Assembly (NCBI GenBank): GCA_035491895.1
Contig: DATJJY010000063.1
Span: forward strand, 6,593 to 70,592
From: Gemmatimonadales bacterium
Lineage (GTDB): Bacteria > Gemmatimonadota > Gemmatimonadetes > Gemmatimonadales > GWC2-71-9
Length of the DNA: 64,000 nucleotides
Direction: 5' to 3'
Both the position numbers and the translations under genes were made by a program. Below are positions 15,831 through 23,181 of the stretch, one piece after another (the stretch's first letter is position 1; every line of letters starts with the position of its first letter). The notes under the pieces were generated by a model. It did no database searches. It was not told the DNA's origin and saw only the letters and a list, made by a program, of their open reading frames with translations.

Positions 15831-18376
15831 CACGACCCCCACAGGTCGCGCATGGCGTAGTACGCGGGCTTCAGCTGCTCGTGCCACTGGGGATCCTCCC
15901 AGGTGGGCCAGACATAGGTAGTGGACGCCGGAACGAACGCGGCGACGTGATCATCCGGGCGCGCCAGGGCCGCGACGACGAAGCGGAACCCGTCCGTCGT
16001 CGCGGTGACGACATTCTCTCGCGCATGAATGGCGGTGAGCACCGTGCGCGTCGAGGGATCGGTCACATTGAGGAGGCCCCATGGCAGCCGCACTTCGACG
16101 AGACTCCGCTCCGCCGTCCGGTCGATGAACCAATCGACGAGTGAGGATGCGGTGACGCGCCCGTAGCGCAGCCGGCCGCGGTTCACCCCCGCCGCCGGGA
16201 TGCGCGTTCCCGTGCGCGTGATCCGAAACCGGTTCGTGGTCACGAACATCGAATCGAACTGTCCCGCGTCGCCGCGTGAGTCGACGGTGCAGAGCAGATT
16301 GTAGAACGGGTCGAGTGCGGTGGGATCCATCCCCGCGCGCGGCTGGATGTAGGGGTTGTAGCTCCGCGTCACAAATAGCTGGCCCTTCGTCGAGTCACCC
16401 AGGTCGAGATAAAACTCGACGCCCACGCCGATCCCCGGCACGCCCGGCAGCCGGAATTCTCCTCGATCGGCGCGAAATGTGTCGAGCCCTATCAGGTAGC
16501 GTACCGCGTCGGGTCCGAGCGGCGGCCGGGCATCGATCGCCAGATAGAGATACGCCTCGTCCGATCCGACGCGCAGCATGAGAGAATCATTTCCCTCGAG
16601 CTGGTGCAGCGCGCGCCAGCGTGCCGGGTCGCCGCCCGGCTCCGGCCGTGTCGCCGCGCCGGCGTAGAGGCCCAGCAGGCCGTAGTGCTGCTCGGCGTCC
16701 ATCGCATTGTGCCACAGCCGCGTGTGGTCGGCCGGCACCTCGAGGTCGATCACGACCCAGTTGTGCTTGAACCATTCGTCGATCCACGCGAACAGGATGC
16801 CGCCGGCGAGGCCGGCCTCGCGGATATCCCGGGTCAGGCGTACGTCCACGTCCGCCATGGTGCGCTCGTCGTGGCCGCCGTGGTTCATGCCTTCGGGCTG
16901 CAGATGGGCGAGTCCGCGCGAGGACGGCACGCCATACTCGGCGATGAGTAGCGGCCGTCCAGCGTGATGGCGCTTCAAGTCCTCCAGGTAACCGAGGTAA
17001 TGCGAAACGCCGGTCGAGTCCCGCGCCGTCCCGTAGGTCGAGTCGTAATCCATGAAATCGGGATAGTACGGGTAGGCGTGATACGAGGCGAAGTAGCCGC
17101 CGAGGTCCGCGGTGGTGGTCCGCACCAGCATGGCATCGAGCGACTGGTCGTCGTTGTTGTACTCGTGGACGCCTTTCAGTGGGGGCAGCCCGAAACGGTC
17201 GCGAAGCTCGGCCTCCTCTTCCAGCGTCGGCTCGGTGGGGTGATGCAGCGGGTCGAGCGTCGGCCAGTTGGTATAGGCGATGGGTCGCTGCGCGTGGTAG
17301 CCGTCCCATTCGTACGTCAAGAGAAAGTCGCACTGCTCCGCCATCCAGACGTCGGCCGGGGTGCCCGAGTCCACCACGAGAAACTTCCCAGCGTAGCGCG
17401 TGCGGCCCGCGCGACGCTCGTTGTAGTGGTGAATCGAAAACGGCTCCCACTCCCGGCCGACGATGAATGCCAGGACGTGGTCCGACACGTCGACGGTGTA
17501 GCGGCCGCCGGCATGCCCGGGACGCGCCGGGATGATCGCGTGCCCGTGCAGCAGATCCACCACCCGGCGCATTTCGTCGCGAAACTCGCTCTTCCAGGCG
17601 GGGTCATCGTAGTCGTCGGCGGGCGGCACCTCCGCCCACACGCCGTGGACCAACCACAGCGTCTGAGCGGAATGACCGTCGTTCCACCGCTTCAGCGCCC
17701 GATAAAACGCCGGCGGGAAGATCGTGTAGAGACGAATCACGTTCGCATGGGCCGCCGCGATGCGGGAGATCCACGACGAGTACGTCGAATCGTCCGCCGG
17801 GAACTCGGCGGGGAATTTCCCGGGACGGGCGGCACCGATGTTGACCCCCTTCACGTAGAACGGGTGCCACGCGGTGCCCTGCAGGATCTCGAAGCGCTCG
17901 CCATGCGCGCGCGCCGGGACCTGCGCCGCCGACGGCCGTCGGACTGGGGGGAGCGCTTCGCCCAGGTATCCGAGAGCATCGAGACGATGCTTCGCGTCGG
18001 CGTAGCCGGGCGCGATACGCAGCGCGCGGCGAAAGGCGGTAATCGCCTGCTCCCGTTTCCCCTGTCGCTCGCGTATCAGGCCGATCCCATACCACGCGTC
18101 GGCGTTCTGCGAATCGGCCTTCAGGGCGGCGCCGAAGCGCCGCTCCGCCCGGCCGATATCGCTCATGCGCAACGCCACGAACCCGAGCCCGATCTGAATG
18201 TCGGGGAGGCCGGGGCAGAGGGAATCGGCTGCGGCGAACCGTGCGGCGGCGACCGGAATCCGCTCCTCGCGGTAGGCATGCCAGGCGCTGTCGGCGAGGC
18301 CGGCGATGCGCGCCGGGCACGTAGAACGGGGGCTCGCGACCTGCTGCAGGGTGAGGACGCTCAGCACCAGGATCAC
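15827..18376 (-). CDS. secreted TPR + (beta/alpha)8 glycoside-hydrolase-like protein
   Basis: The start is set at GTG 18376 (GTGA overlap with the GT2 stop), giving (M)ILVLSVLTLQQVASP. The track ORF extends to 19075, but that extension is Arg/Pro-rich and overlaps the GT2 gene. TPRs: ADAWYGIGLIRERQGKREQAITAFRRALRIAPGYADA. Clan GH-A-like motifs appear in order: ANVIRLYT, IVGREWEP, SYHAYPYY, LLIAEYGVP, FAWIDEWF. Confidence 0.65.
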   Translation of the reverse strand: MILVLSVLTLQQVASPRSTCPARIAGLADSAWHAYREERIPVAAARFAAADSLCPGLPDIQIGLGFVALRMSDIGRAERRFGAALKADSQNADAWYGIGLIRERQGKREQAITAFRRALRIAPGYADAKHRLDALGYLGEALPPVRRPSAAQVPARAHGERFEILQGTAWHPFYVKGVNIGAARPGKFPAEFPADDSTYSSWISRIAAAHANVIRLYTIFPPAFYRALKRWNDGHSAQTLWLVHGVWAEVPPADDYDDPAWKSEFRDEMRRVVDLLHGHAIIPARPGHAGGRYTVDVSDHVLAFIVGREWEPFSIHHYNERRAGRTRYAGKFLVVDSGTPADVWMAEQCDFLLTYEWDGYHAQRPIAYTNWPTLDPLHHPTEPTLEEEAELRDRFGLPPLKGVHEYNNDDQSLDAMLVRTTTADLGGYFASYHAYPYYPDFMDYDSTYGTARDSTGVSHYLGYLEDLKRHHAGRPLLIAEYGVPSSRGLAHLQPEGMNHGGHDERTMADVDVRLTRDIREAGLAGGILFAWIDEWFKHNWVVIDLEVPADHTRLWHNAMDAEQHYGLLGLYAGAATRPEPGGDPARWRALHQLEGNDSLMLRVGSDEAYLYLAIDARPPLGPDAVRYLIGLDTFRADRGEFRLPGVPGIGVGVEFYLDLGDSTKGQLFVTRSYNPYIQPRAGMDPTALDPFYNLLCTVDSRGDAGQFDSMFVTTNRFRITRTGTRIPAAGVNRGRLRYGRVTASSLVDWFIDRTAERSLVEVRLPWGLLNVTDPSTRTVLTAIHARENVVTATTDGFRFVVAALARPDDHVAAFVPASTTYVWPTWEDPQWHEQLKPAYYAMRDLWGSW

Positions 18377-19788
18377 GACGGGATCCTCGTCCCGGCCGCG
18401 GCGAATCCGGTACGGGTCATCCGGCCCCACGTCTTGCGCGCCCGGATCGCCGACCAGAACGCCTTCAGACGAAACCACACGGTGCACTGGCGGTAGCCGA
18501 AGTTCTCGAGGGCTGCGTACCAGAGGAGGCGCACCAGGTCGCTCGCCCGCCGGTAGCGGCGGAAGCCGACTTCCTCGAGCAGGATCCCCCAGATCGACAG
18601 GATCATGCCGTACCCGAGCGCAACCAGCAGGAAGAGCAGCGCGAAGGGGACATCGATGAACCCCCACCACAGTCCCAGCGCGGTGACGAGGTAGCCGAGC
18701 ACCTCGACGAGCGGAGCCAGCATTTCGCCGAACGTGAAGAACGGGAAGCCGAGCAACCCGATGCGCTTGTACCGCGGCCGGAGCATCATGTGCCGATACT
18801 TCCACATCGTGAGGATCAGGCCGCGGTGCCAGCGCTCCCGCTGGCGGCCCAGCACCGCCAGCGTTTCGGGGACCTCGGTCCAGGCGACGGGGTCGGGGAC
18901 GAAGGTAATCGAGTAGGGGAGGCGCCGGTCGAGCAGGTAGCGGTGCAGGCGGACCACGACGTCGAAGTCCTCGACGACGCTGTCGGTGCGATAGCCGCCG
19001 ATCTCCAGCAGATAGTCCTTGCGGAACAGCCCGAACGCCCCCGAGATGATCATGTTGCCGCCCAGCCGGTTCCACCCGAGCCGGCCATACAGGAAGGACC
19101 GCAGGTACTCGACCACCTGGATCCCGGGGAGAAAGCGCGGCGCCACGCGCGGCTCGACGACGCGCCCGTCCTTGATCACCGATCCGTTCGCGACGCGCAC
19201 CGTGCCGCCCACCGCCGCGATGCGCAGCCCGAGCGAGAACGGGCGGGTCAGCCGCAGCATGGCGTCGGGCTCGATCAGCGTGTCGGCATCGACCGCAATG
19301 ACGAGCGGCCAGCGGCTGGCGTTGATCGCCGCGTTCAGGGAATCGGCCTTGCCGCCGTTCTCCTTGTCGATCACGAGAAGGCGCGGCCGCGTGCGGGAGC
19401 GGTACAGCGCGCGAATCGGACTGGTCGACAGCGTCTCCGGGTAGGTGCGCGGAATCTCATAGAGATCGAACGCGTCCTCCAGACGCCCCATCGTGTCGTC
19501 CGAGGACCCGTCGTTGACGACGATCACCTCGTAGTGCCGGTAATCGAGCGTGAGGATCGCGGTAACGCTCGCCTTGATCGTGGCGCTCTCGTTGTAGGCC
19601 GGCACCAGGATCGAGATCGGCGGCGGGGCACCCACCTCCTGCAGCCGCACCAGGTCCTCGTCTTCGGCGAGGAGGCTCTGCTCCCAGATCTCGGGGAGGG
19701 CGAGGATCAACAGCAGCGCGTAGAACGAGTTCAGCAGGACGAAGTACACGACGACGGCGGCGTCGAATCCGTGGATGAAGTGGTTCAC
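18373..19788 (-). CDS. processive family-2 glycosyltransferase (PgaC/IcaA/BcsA-class polysaccharide synthase)
   Basis: 471 aa with a GTG start. There is an N-terminal TM helix, then ISILVPAYNE, VVNDGSSDD, AVDADT (DxD), VVEDFD (ED) and QRERWHRG (QxxRW), followed by a C-terminal TM bundle. No PilZ or other c-di-GMP module is visible. Confidence 0.9.
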   Translation of the reverse strand: MNHFIHGFDAAVVVYFVLLNSFYALLLILALPEIWEQSLLAEDEDLVRLQEVGAPPPISILVPAYNESATIKASVTAILTLDYRHYEVIVVNDGSSDDTMGRLEDAFDLYEIPRTYPETLSTSPIRALYRSRTRPRLLVIDKENGGKADSLNAAINASRWPLVIAVDADTLIEPDAMLRLTRPFSLGLRIAAVGGTVRVANGSVIKDGRVVEPRVAPRFLPGIQVVEYLRSFLYGRLGWNRLGGNMIISGAFGLFRKDYLLEIGGYRTDSVVEDFDVVVRLHRYLLDRRLPYSITFVPDPVAWTEVPETLAVLGRQRERWHRGLILTMWKYRHMMLRPRYKRIGLLGFPFFTFGEMLAPLVEVLGYLVTALGLWWGFIDVPFALLFLLVALGYGMILSIWGILLEEVGFRRYRRASDLVRLLWYAALENFGYRQCTVWFRLKAFWSAIRARKTWGRMTRTGFAAAGTRIPS

Positions 19789-20846
19789 GCCGCGAACTCC
19801 GACAGCGCCTGCGGCGACAGGCCGAGGATCAGGCGTGAGACGTAGCGCGCATCGGGTTGGGCGCCGGTTTCGGCCTTGAGCAGGGCGTCACGCCCTGCGG
19901 CGCCGAGCCGGGTCAGGGCGAGCGCGGCGCGGAGCCGCACCCACCACTCGGCGTCCGCGAGCCGCGACCGGAGATCGGCGAGCGTCGCCGCATCGCCGAT
20001 TCGACCGAGCGAGCGCACCGCCAGCGCGCGGACTTCCCAGGCCGAGTCGGTGCACAGCGTCTGCAGTACCGTCACCGTGCGAGCGTGAGGGTAATCTCCC
20101 AGCGCCCGCGCCACCTGCACGCGCACCTCCGCATCGCGGTGCGTGGCGAGCGCGGTGATCGGCTCGCGCAGCCGCGCGTCCCCCAGCCGGCCGGAGAACT
20201 CCACGATGCGTGGGAGCCCGAGATCGTAGACGAGGCCGAGCCGCTCGGTGAGGAGCGGCACGGTGACGGCGTTCTGGCCCCGCAACACCGCCGCGTAGTG
20301 CGCCTGCACCGGGCCGACCATGTCGGGCAGCCGGTCGAGCACGATGTTGACGAGACGCGGAGTGGCGAACCGTTCGAGCGCGACGGCGATGGTGATGCGC
20401 ACAGCGGGGTGCGGGTCCTTGAGCAGCCGCTCGATGTCGCCCGCGTCGGCGGCGGTGCCGGCGACCGACAGGAATCGGGCCGCCTCGAGCCGCCGCCACC
20501 AGGTGCGCGACCGCACCGCCTTCCGCAAACGCGTCGTCCAGGGGCGGCGCTCCAGCGCATCGGCGAGGGCGCGCCAGCGCTCGCCGGTGAGCCGCACCGA
20601 CCAGGCGAGCAGGGCTTCCACGGCGTCGCTGCGCGGCAGCGCCTCGAGCCCGCGCACCACCAGCTCGGGACCGACGTCCCCGAGCGCCCAGCCCTTGATC
20701 GCTTCGTCGAGCACCATGCGCCGCGGGGCCACCCGGTCGCGGCGCCGCCGTCGCAACCAGCGGTTGGCGAGCAGGACCGCGATCAGGACGACGATCGACC
20801 CCCCCTGCAGCACCGCCACGAAAAAAAGGAGTGTCTCCGCCGTCAC
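19785..20846 (-). CDS. membrane-anchored HEAT-repeat protein
   Basis: GTG start. The N-terminal TM helix is TLLFFVAVLQGGSIVVLIAVLLA, followed by RRRRRDR. HEAT / PBS-lyase-like repeats are present: DPHPAVRITIAVALE, DAEVRVQVARALGD, DSAWEVRALAVRSLGRIGD, DAEWWVRLRAALALTRLG. Confidence 0.75.
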   Translation of the reverse strand: MTAETLLFFVAVLQGGSIVVLIAVLLANRWLRRRRRDRVAPRRMVLDEAIKGWALGDVGPELVVRGLEALPRSDAVEALLAWSVRLTGERWRALADALERRPWTTRLRKAVRSRTWWRRLEAARFLSVAGTAADAGDIERLLKDPHPAVRITIAVALERFATPRLVNIVLDRLPDMVGPVQAHYAAVLRGQNAVTVPLLTERLGLVYDLGLPRIVEFSGRLGDARLREPITALATHRDAEVRVQVARALGDYPHARTVTVLQTLCTDSAWEVRALAVRSLGRIGDAATLADLRSRLADAEWWVRLRAALALTRLGAAGRDALLKAETGAQPDARYVSRLILGLSPQALSEFAA

Positions 20847-21571
20847 CGACCGACCCAGCGGCGGATCTTCTCCAGTGCCACGCGCAGGCTCACCGGCTTC
20901 ACGAGGTAGTCTGTCGCCCCGCCTTCGAGAGCGCGCAGCTGCTCGTCCTCACCGCCGTGCACCGTCATGAACACGACCCGGAACACTCCGGGCCGCTCGC
21001 GCTGCAGCATATAGAAGAGGGAATGGCCGTCGAGCCCCGGCAGATCGACGTCGAGCAGCAGCAGGGGGTGCGCGTCGCCGACGGCGAGGGTCCGCAGCGT
21101 ATCGAGTGCGTCCCGCCCGTTGCGCAGCACCCGGCTCGTGTAGCCGCGGGACGACAGCCCGTACTCGAGCAGCTCGATCAGCGCGGTATCGTCCTCGATA
21201 ATGAACACGTCGGGGAGCTGGGAGACGGGGCCCGGCTGGGTGAACGTGGCCCTGAGCCGCCCGACGTAGGCGTGAGCGGTCACGCCGCGGTCGGTGGCCG
21301 CGACGCCACCACCGGCGATCCAGCTCTTCGCGGCCTCCTCCATCTCCGCAGCGACCCGCGTCGCCTCCGCGAATCCGTAGGAGCCCGCCGAGCCGCGGAT
21401 CTTGTGCGATTCGCGCCGGAATTCGTCGAGTGCCTGCGGGTCGGCGCCGTCGGTGGCCAGCCGGTCGGCGAGACTGGCGAGGTGCTCGATCTGCCCCTGC
21501 ACGCTTCGGAGGTACCCTTCGAGGAGGCCGGGAGGGAGCAGTCCCGGGTCGAAATCGCCCGTCACGACCAT
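20843..21571 (-). CDS. Hpt domain - receiver (REC) domain fusion protein
   Basis: Hpt motif EFRRESHKIRGSAGSYGF. REC residues: IIEDD, LLLLDVDLPGLDG, VVFMTVHG, DYLVKP. No DNA-binding output domain is present. The start is set at ATG 21571 (a G-run lies upstream). GTG 21637 is the longest alternative. Confidence 0.8.
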   Translation of the reverse strand: MVVTGDFDPGLLPPGLLEGYLRSVQGQIEHLASLADRLATDGADPQALDEFRRESHKIRGSAGSYGFAEATRVAAEMEEAAKSWIAGGGVAATDRGVTAHAYVGRLRATFTQPGPVSQLPDVFIIEDDTALIELLEYGLSSRGYTSRVLRNGRDALDTLRTLAVGDAHPLLLLDVDLPGLDGHSLFYMLQRERPGVFRVVFMTVHGGEDEQLRALEGGATDYLVKPVSLRVALEKIRRWVGR

Positions 21572-21628
21572 GAAGATAGGAACCCCCCCCGCGAGGGGCC
21601 ATAGTGCTGCCGGAGTTATGCTTGGGTC

Positions 21629-22075
21629 GTGGAGCACCAGGATATCGGGTTGTGCCTGATGTGCCGCTGGAAGCGCGCCGTTACGAACCGGCGCGGCTCG
21701 CTGTTCTTCCGCTGCGCGCGTGCCGAGTCGGATGCGCGCTTCGTCCGCTACCCGCCACTGCCGGTGCTCGCCTGCCCCGGATACGAGGAAGCAATGCTAT
21801 TCGTCGTCCTGATGCACTACACGAAGCCGCTGGCCGAGGTGGACGCGGTCCGCGCCGAGCACTATGGGCATCTCGAGCGCGCGGCCGCCGAGGGCACGAT
21901 ACTCGCCTGGGCGCGACGCGACCCCCCGACGGGGGGCGTGCTCGTGGCTGCGGCCCCCGATCGGGCGGCGCTGGAGCGCGTCCTGGCGGAGGACCCTTAC
22001 GTGCGCGCGGGTGTCGCGAAACCGGAAATTGTGGAGTTCAATCCGAAGACCGTGAAACTGAAGCTGCGTGAATAG
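21629..22075 (+). CDS. YciI-like protein with N-terminal Cys-rich (CxxC...C...C) extension
   Basis: The C-terminal roughly 95 aa (MLFVVLMHYTKPLAEVDAVRAEHYGHLERAAAEGTILAWARR...DPYVRAGVAKPEIVEFNP) look YciI-like. The N-terminal 55 aa carry CLMC...FRC...LAC. The start is GTG 21629. No stop separates the two parts. Confidence 0.65.
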   Translation: MEHQDIGLCLMCRWKRAVTNRRGSLFFRCARAESDARFVRYPPLPVLACPGYEEAMLFVVLMHYTKPLAEVDAVRAEHYGHLERAAAEGTILAWARRDPPTGGVLVAAAPDRAALERVLAEDPYVRAGVAKPEIVEFNPKTVKLKLRE

Positions 22076-22127
22076 TGGCCTGTGGCGGTGGCCAGTGATC
22101 TGCACCAGCCACTCGCTACAGGCCACT
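22074..22127. terminator. stem-loop between convergent genes
   Basis: AGTGGCCTGT (22074-22083) pairs perfectly with ACAGGCCACT (22118-22127). The hairpin starts at the stop codon of the YciI-like gene and ends 8 nt before the stop of the minus-strand gene. Confidence 0.5.
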
Positions 22128-22134
22128 GGTCACG

Positions 22135-22575
22135 TCATTTGCCGTACACACCGATCCCGTACCAGCACGGGTTCGTTTGGCAGTTCGCCATAACCACCTT
22201 CACGCGATAGCGCTGCGTCTCGCTCGGCGTGACCTGCACCAGCGGATAGTCGTCGTTCTGGATGTCGGAATCGACCTGATCGCCGTCGGCGTCGTAAAGG
22301 ACGAGATCGAGGTCCTTGCAGTCGTTGTCGCATACACCGACGAGCGCGTACCGCGTGCCGGCGTGCAGCGTCAGGGTGAACGAGTCGTTCTCATTGTCGT
22401 GCAGCGACCCGATCTGGGTCTCGTGTGTCTGCTCGTAACCCTTATCGCTGAGTCCCTTGGACGCACTTTTCAGGTAAGTCTCTACCTGAGTGCGCCACTG
22501 GTTGTCGCTCTGCGCCTGAGCGGGCGTGAGCCCGAAGGCCAGGGCGACGGTGACGGCGACGGCGACTCGATGCAT
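22135..22575 (-). CDS. secreted hypothetical protein (Cys-containing, beta-rich)
   Basis: Signal peptide MHRVAVAVTVALAFGLTPAQAQ. The mature part is acidic and has 4 Cys (VGVCDNDCKD...MANCQTNPCW). No family recognised. Confidence 0.6.
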   Translation of the reverse strand: MHRVAVAVTVALAFGLTPAQAQSDNQWRTQVETYLKSASKGLSDKGYEQTHETQIGSLHDNENDSFTLTLHAGTRYALVGVCDNDCKDLDLVLYDADGDQVDSDIQNDDYPLVQVTPSETQRYRVKVVMANCQTNPCWYGIGVYGK

Positions 22576-22757
22576 GGCGACCCCCTCTTGGGAAAGCTGG
22601 TGACGACCCTACGCTGCTGGTTGGGAACCAGCCGCAGATTGGCGAAAACCGTGCCATCCGCGGCGCGCTACTAAAGTAGTAAGCGGAAGTCGGTTACAGC
22701 GGATCCGCGGCGGTCCTTCACACATGCCACCCCTGCAGGGTGCAAAAACGCCGCAGT

Positions 22758-23021
22758 TTATGCGTCGGGCGGGGTCCCGGAGTTCTGTCCACCGGCCCAC
22801 CCCGTACCCACCCCGATCCCGAACAGCACGCCCATCGGGATGGTGATGATGGGAAGGGCGGCGACCACGATGCCGGCGGCGGTGCCCACGACCCCGGCGA
22901 CCACTGCGGCGGCGGGCTTCTGCGCCCCGTCGACGTAGCGCAGCCGGCGTCGCACGAAGTTCTTCGTGGGAAGGAATCCGCCGCCGAACGCGGCGGCGCC
23001 GAGCAACAATCCGATGATCAT
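22758..23021 (-). CDS. small Gly/Ala-rich membrane protein
   Basis: 87 aa with an ATG start. There are two or three hydrophobic segments (MIIGLLLGAAAFGGGF, AAAVVAGVVGTAAGIVVAALPIITIPMGVLFGIGVG). Coding status rests on composition only. Confidence 0.5.
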   Translation of the reverse strand: MIIGLLLGAAAFGGGFLPTKNFVRRRLRYVDGAQKPAAAVVAGVVGTAAGIVVAALPIITIPMGVLFGIGVGTGWAGGQNSGTPPDA

Positions 23022-23082
23022 GGCTCCTCCTACGGAACTTGCGGCGTCTTGGTTTCCGACGCAATGTCTGGAAAGGCGCGCT

Positions 23083-23181
23083 ATCAGCCATCAGCTATCA
23101 GCCGTCAGCGACGACATTCTGGACGGGCACGGGATCGCTGACGGCTTATGCCTGACAGCTGATGGCTGACAGCTGATGGCT
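23083..23181. repeat. inverted arrays of tandem heptanucleotide repeats (ATCAGCN x4 / NGCTGAY x6.5)
   Basis: Left arm 23083-23110: atcagcc atcagct atcagcc gtcagcg. Right arm 23136-23181: cgctgac ggcttat gcctgac agctgat ggctgac agctgat ggct. The arms are complementary (stems of 11 and 10 bp). The 14-mer TGACAGCTGATGGC is directly duplicated at 23153-23166 and 23167-23180. Confidence 0.85.

Noticed and set aside
18377-19075. N-terminal 233-aa extension of the track ORF 15827-19075
   Set aside because: It overlaps the GT2 synthase gene in another frame and is Arg/Pro-rich. The GTG at 18376 gives a signal peptide and a GTGA overlap with the GT2 stop, so I trimmed the gene.
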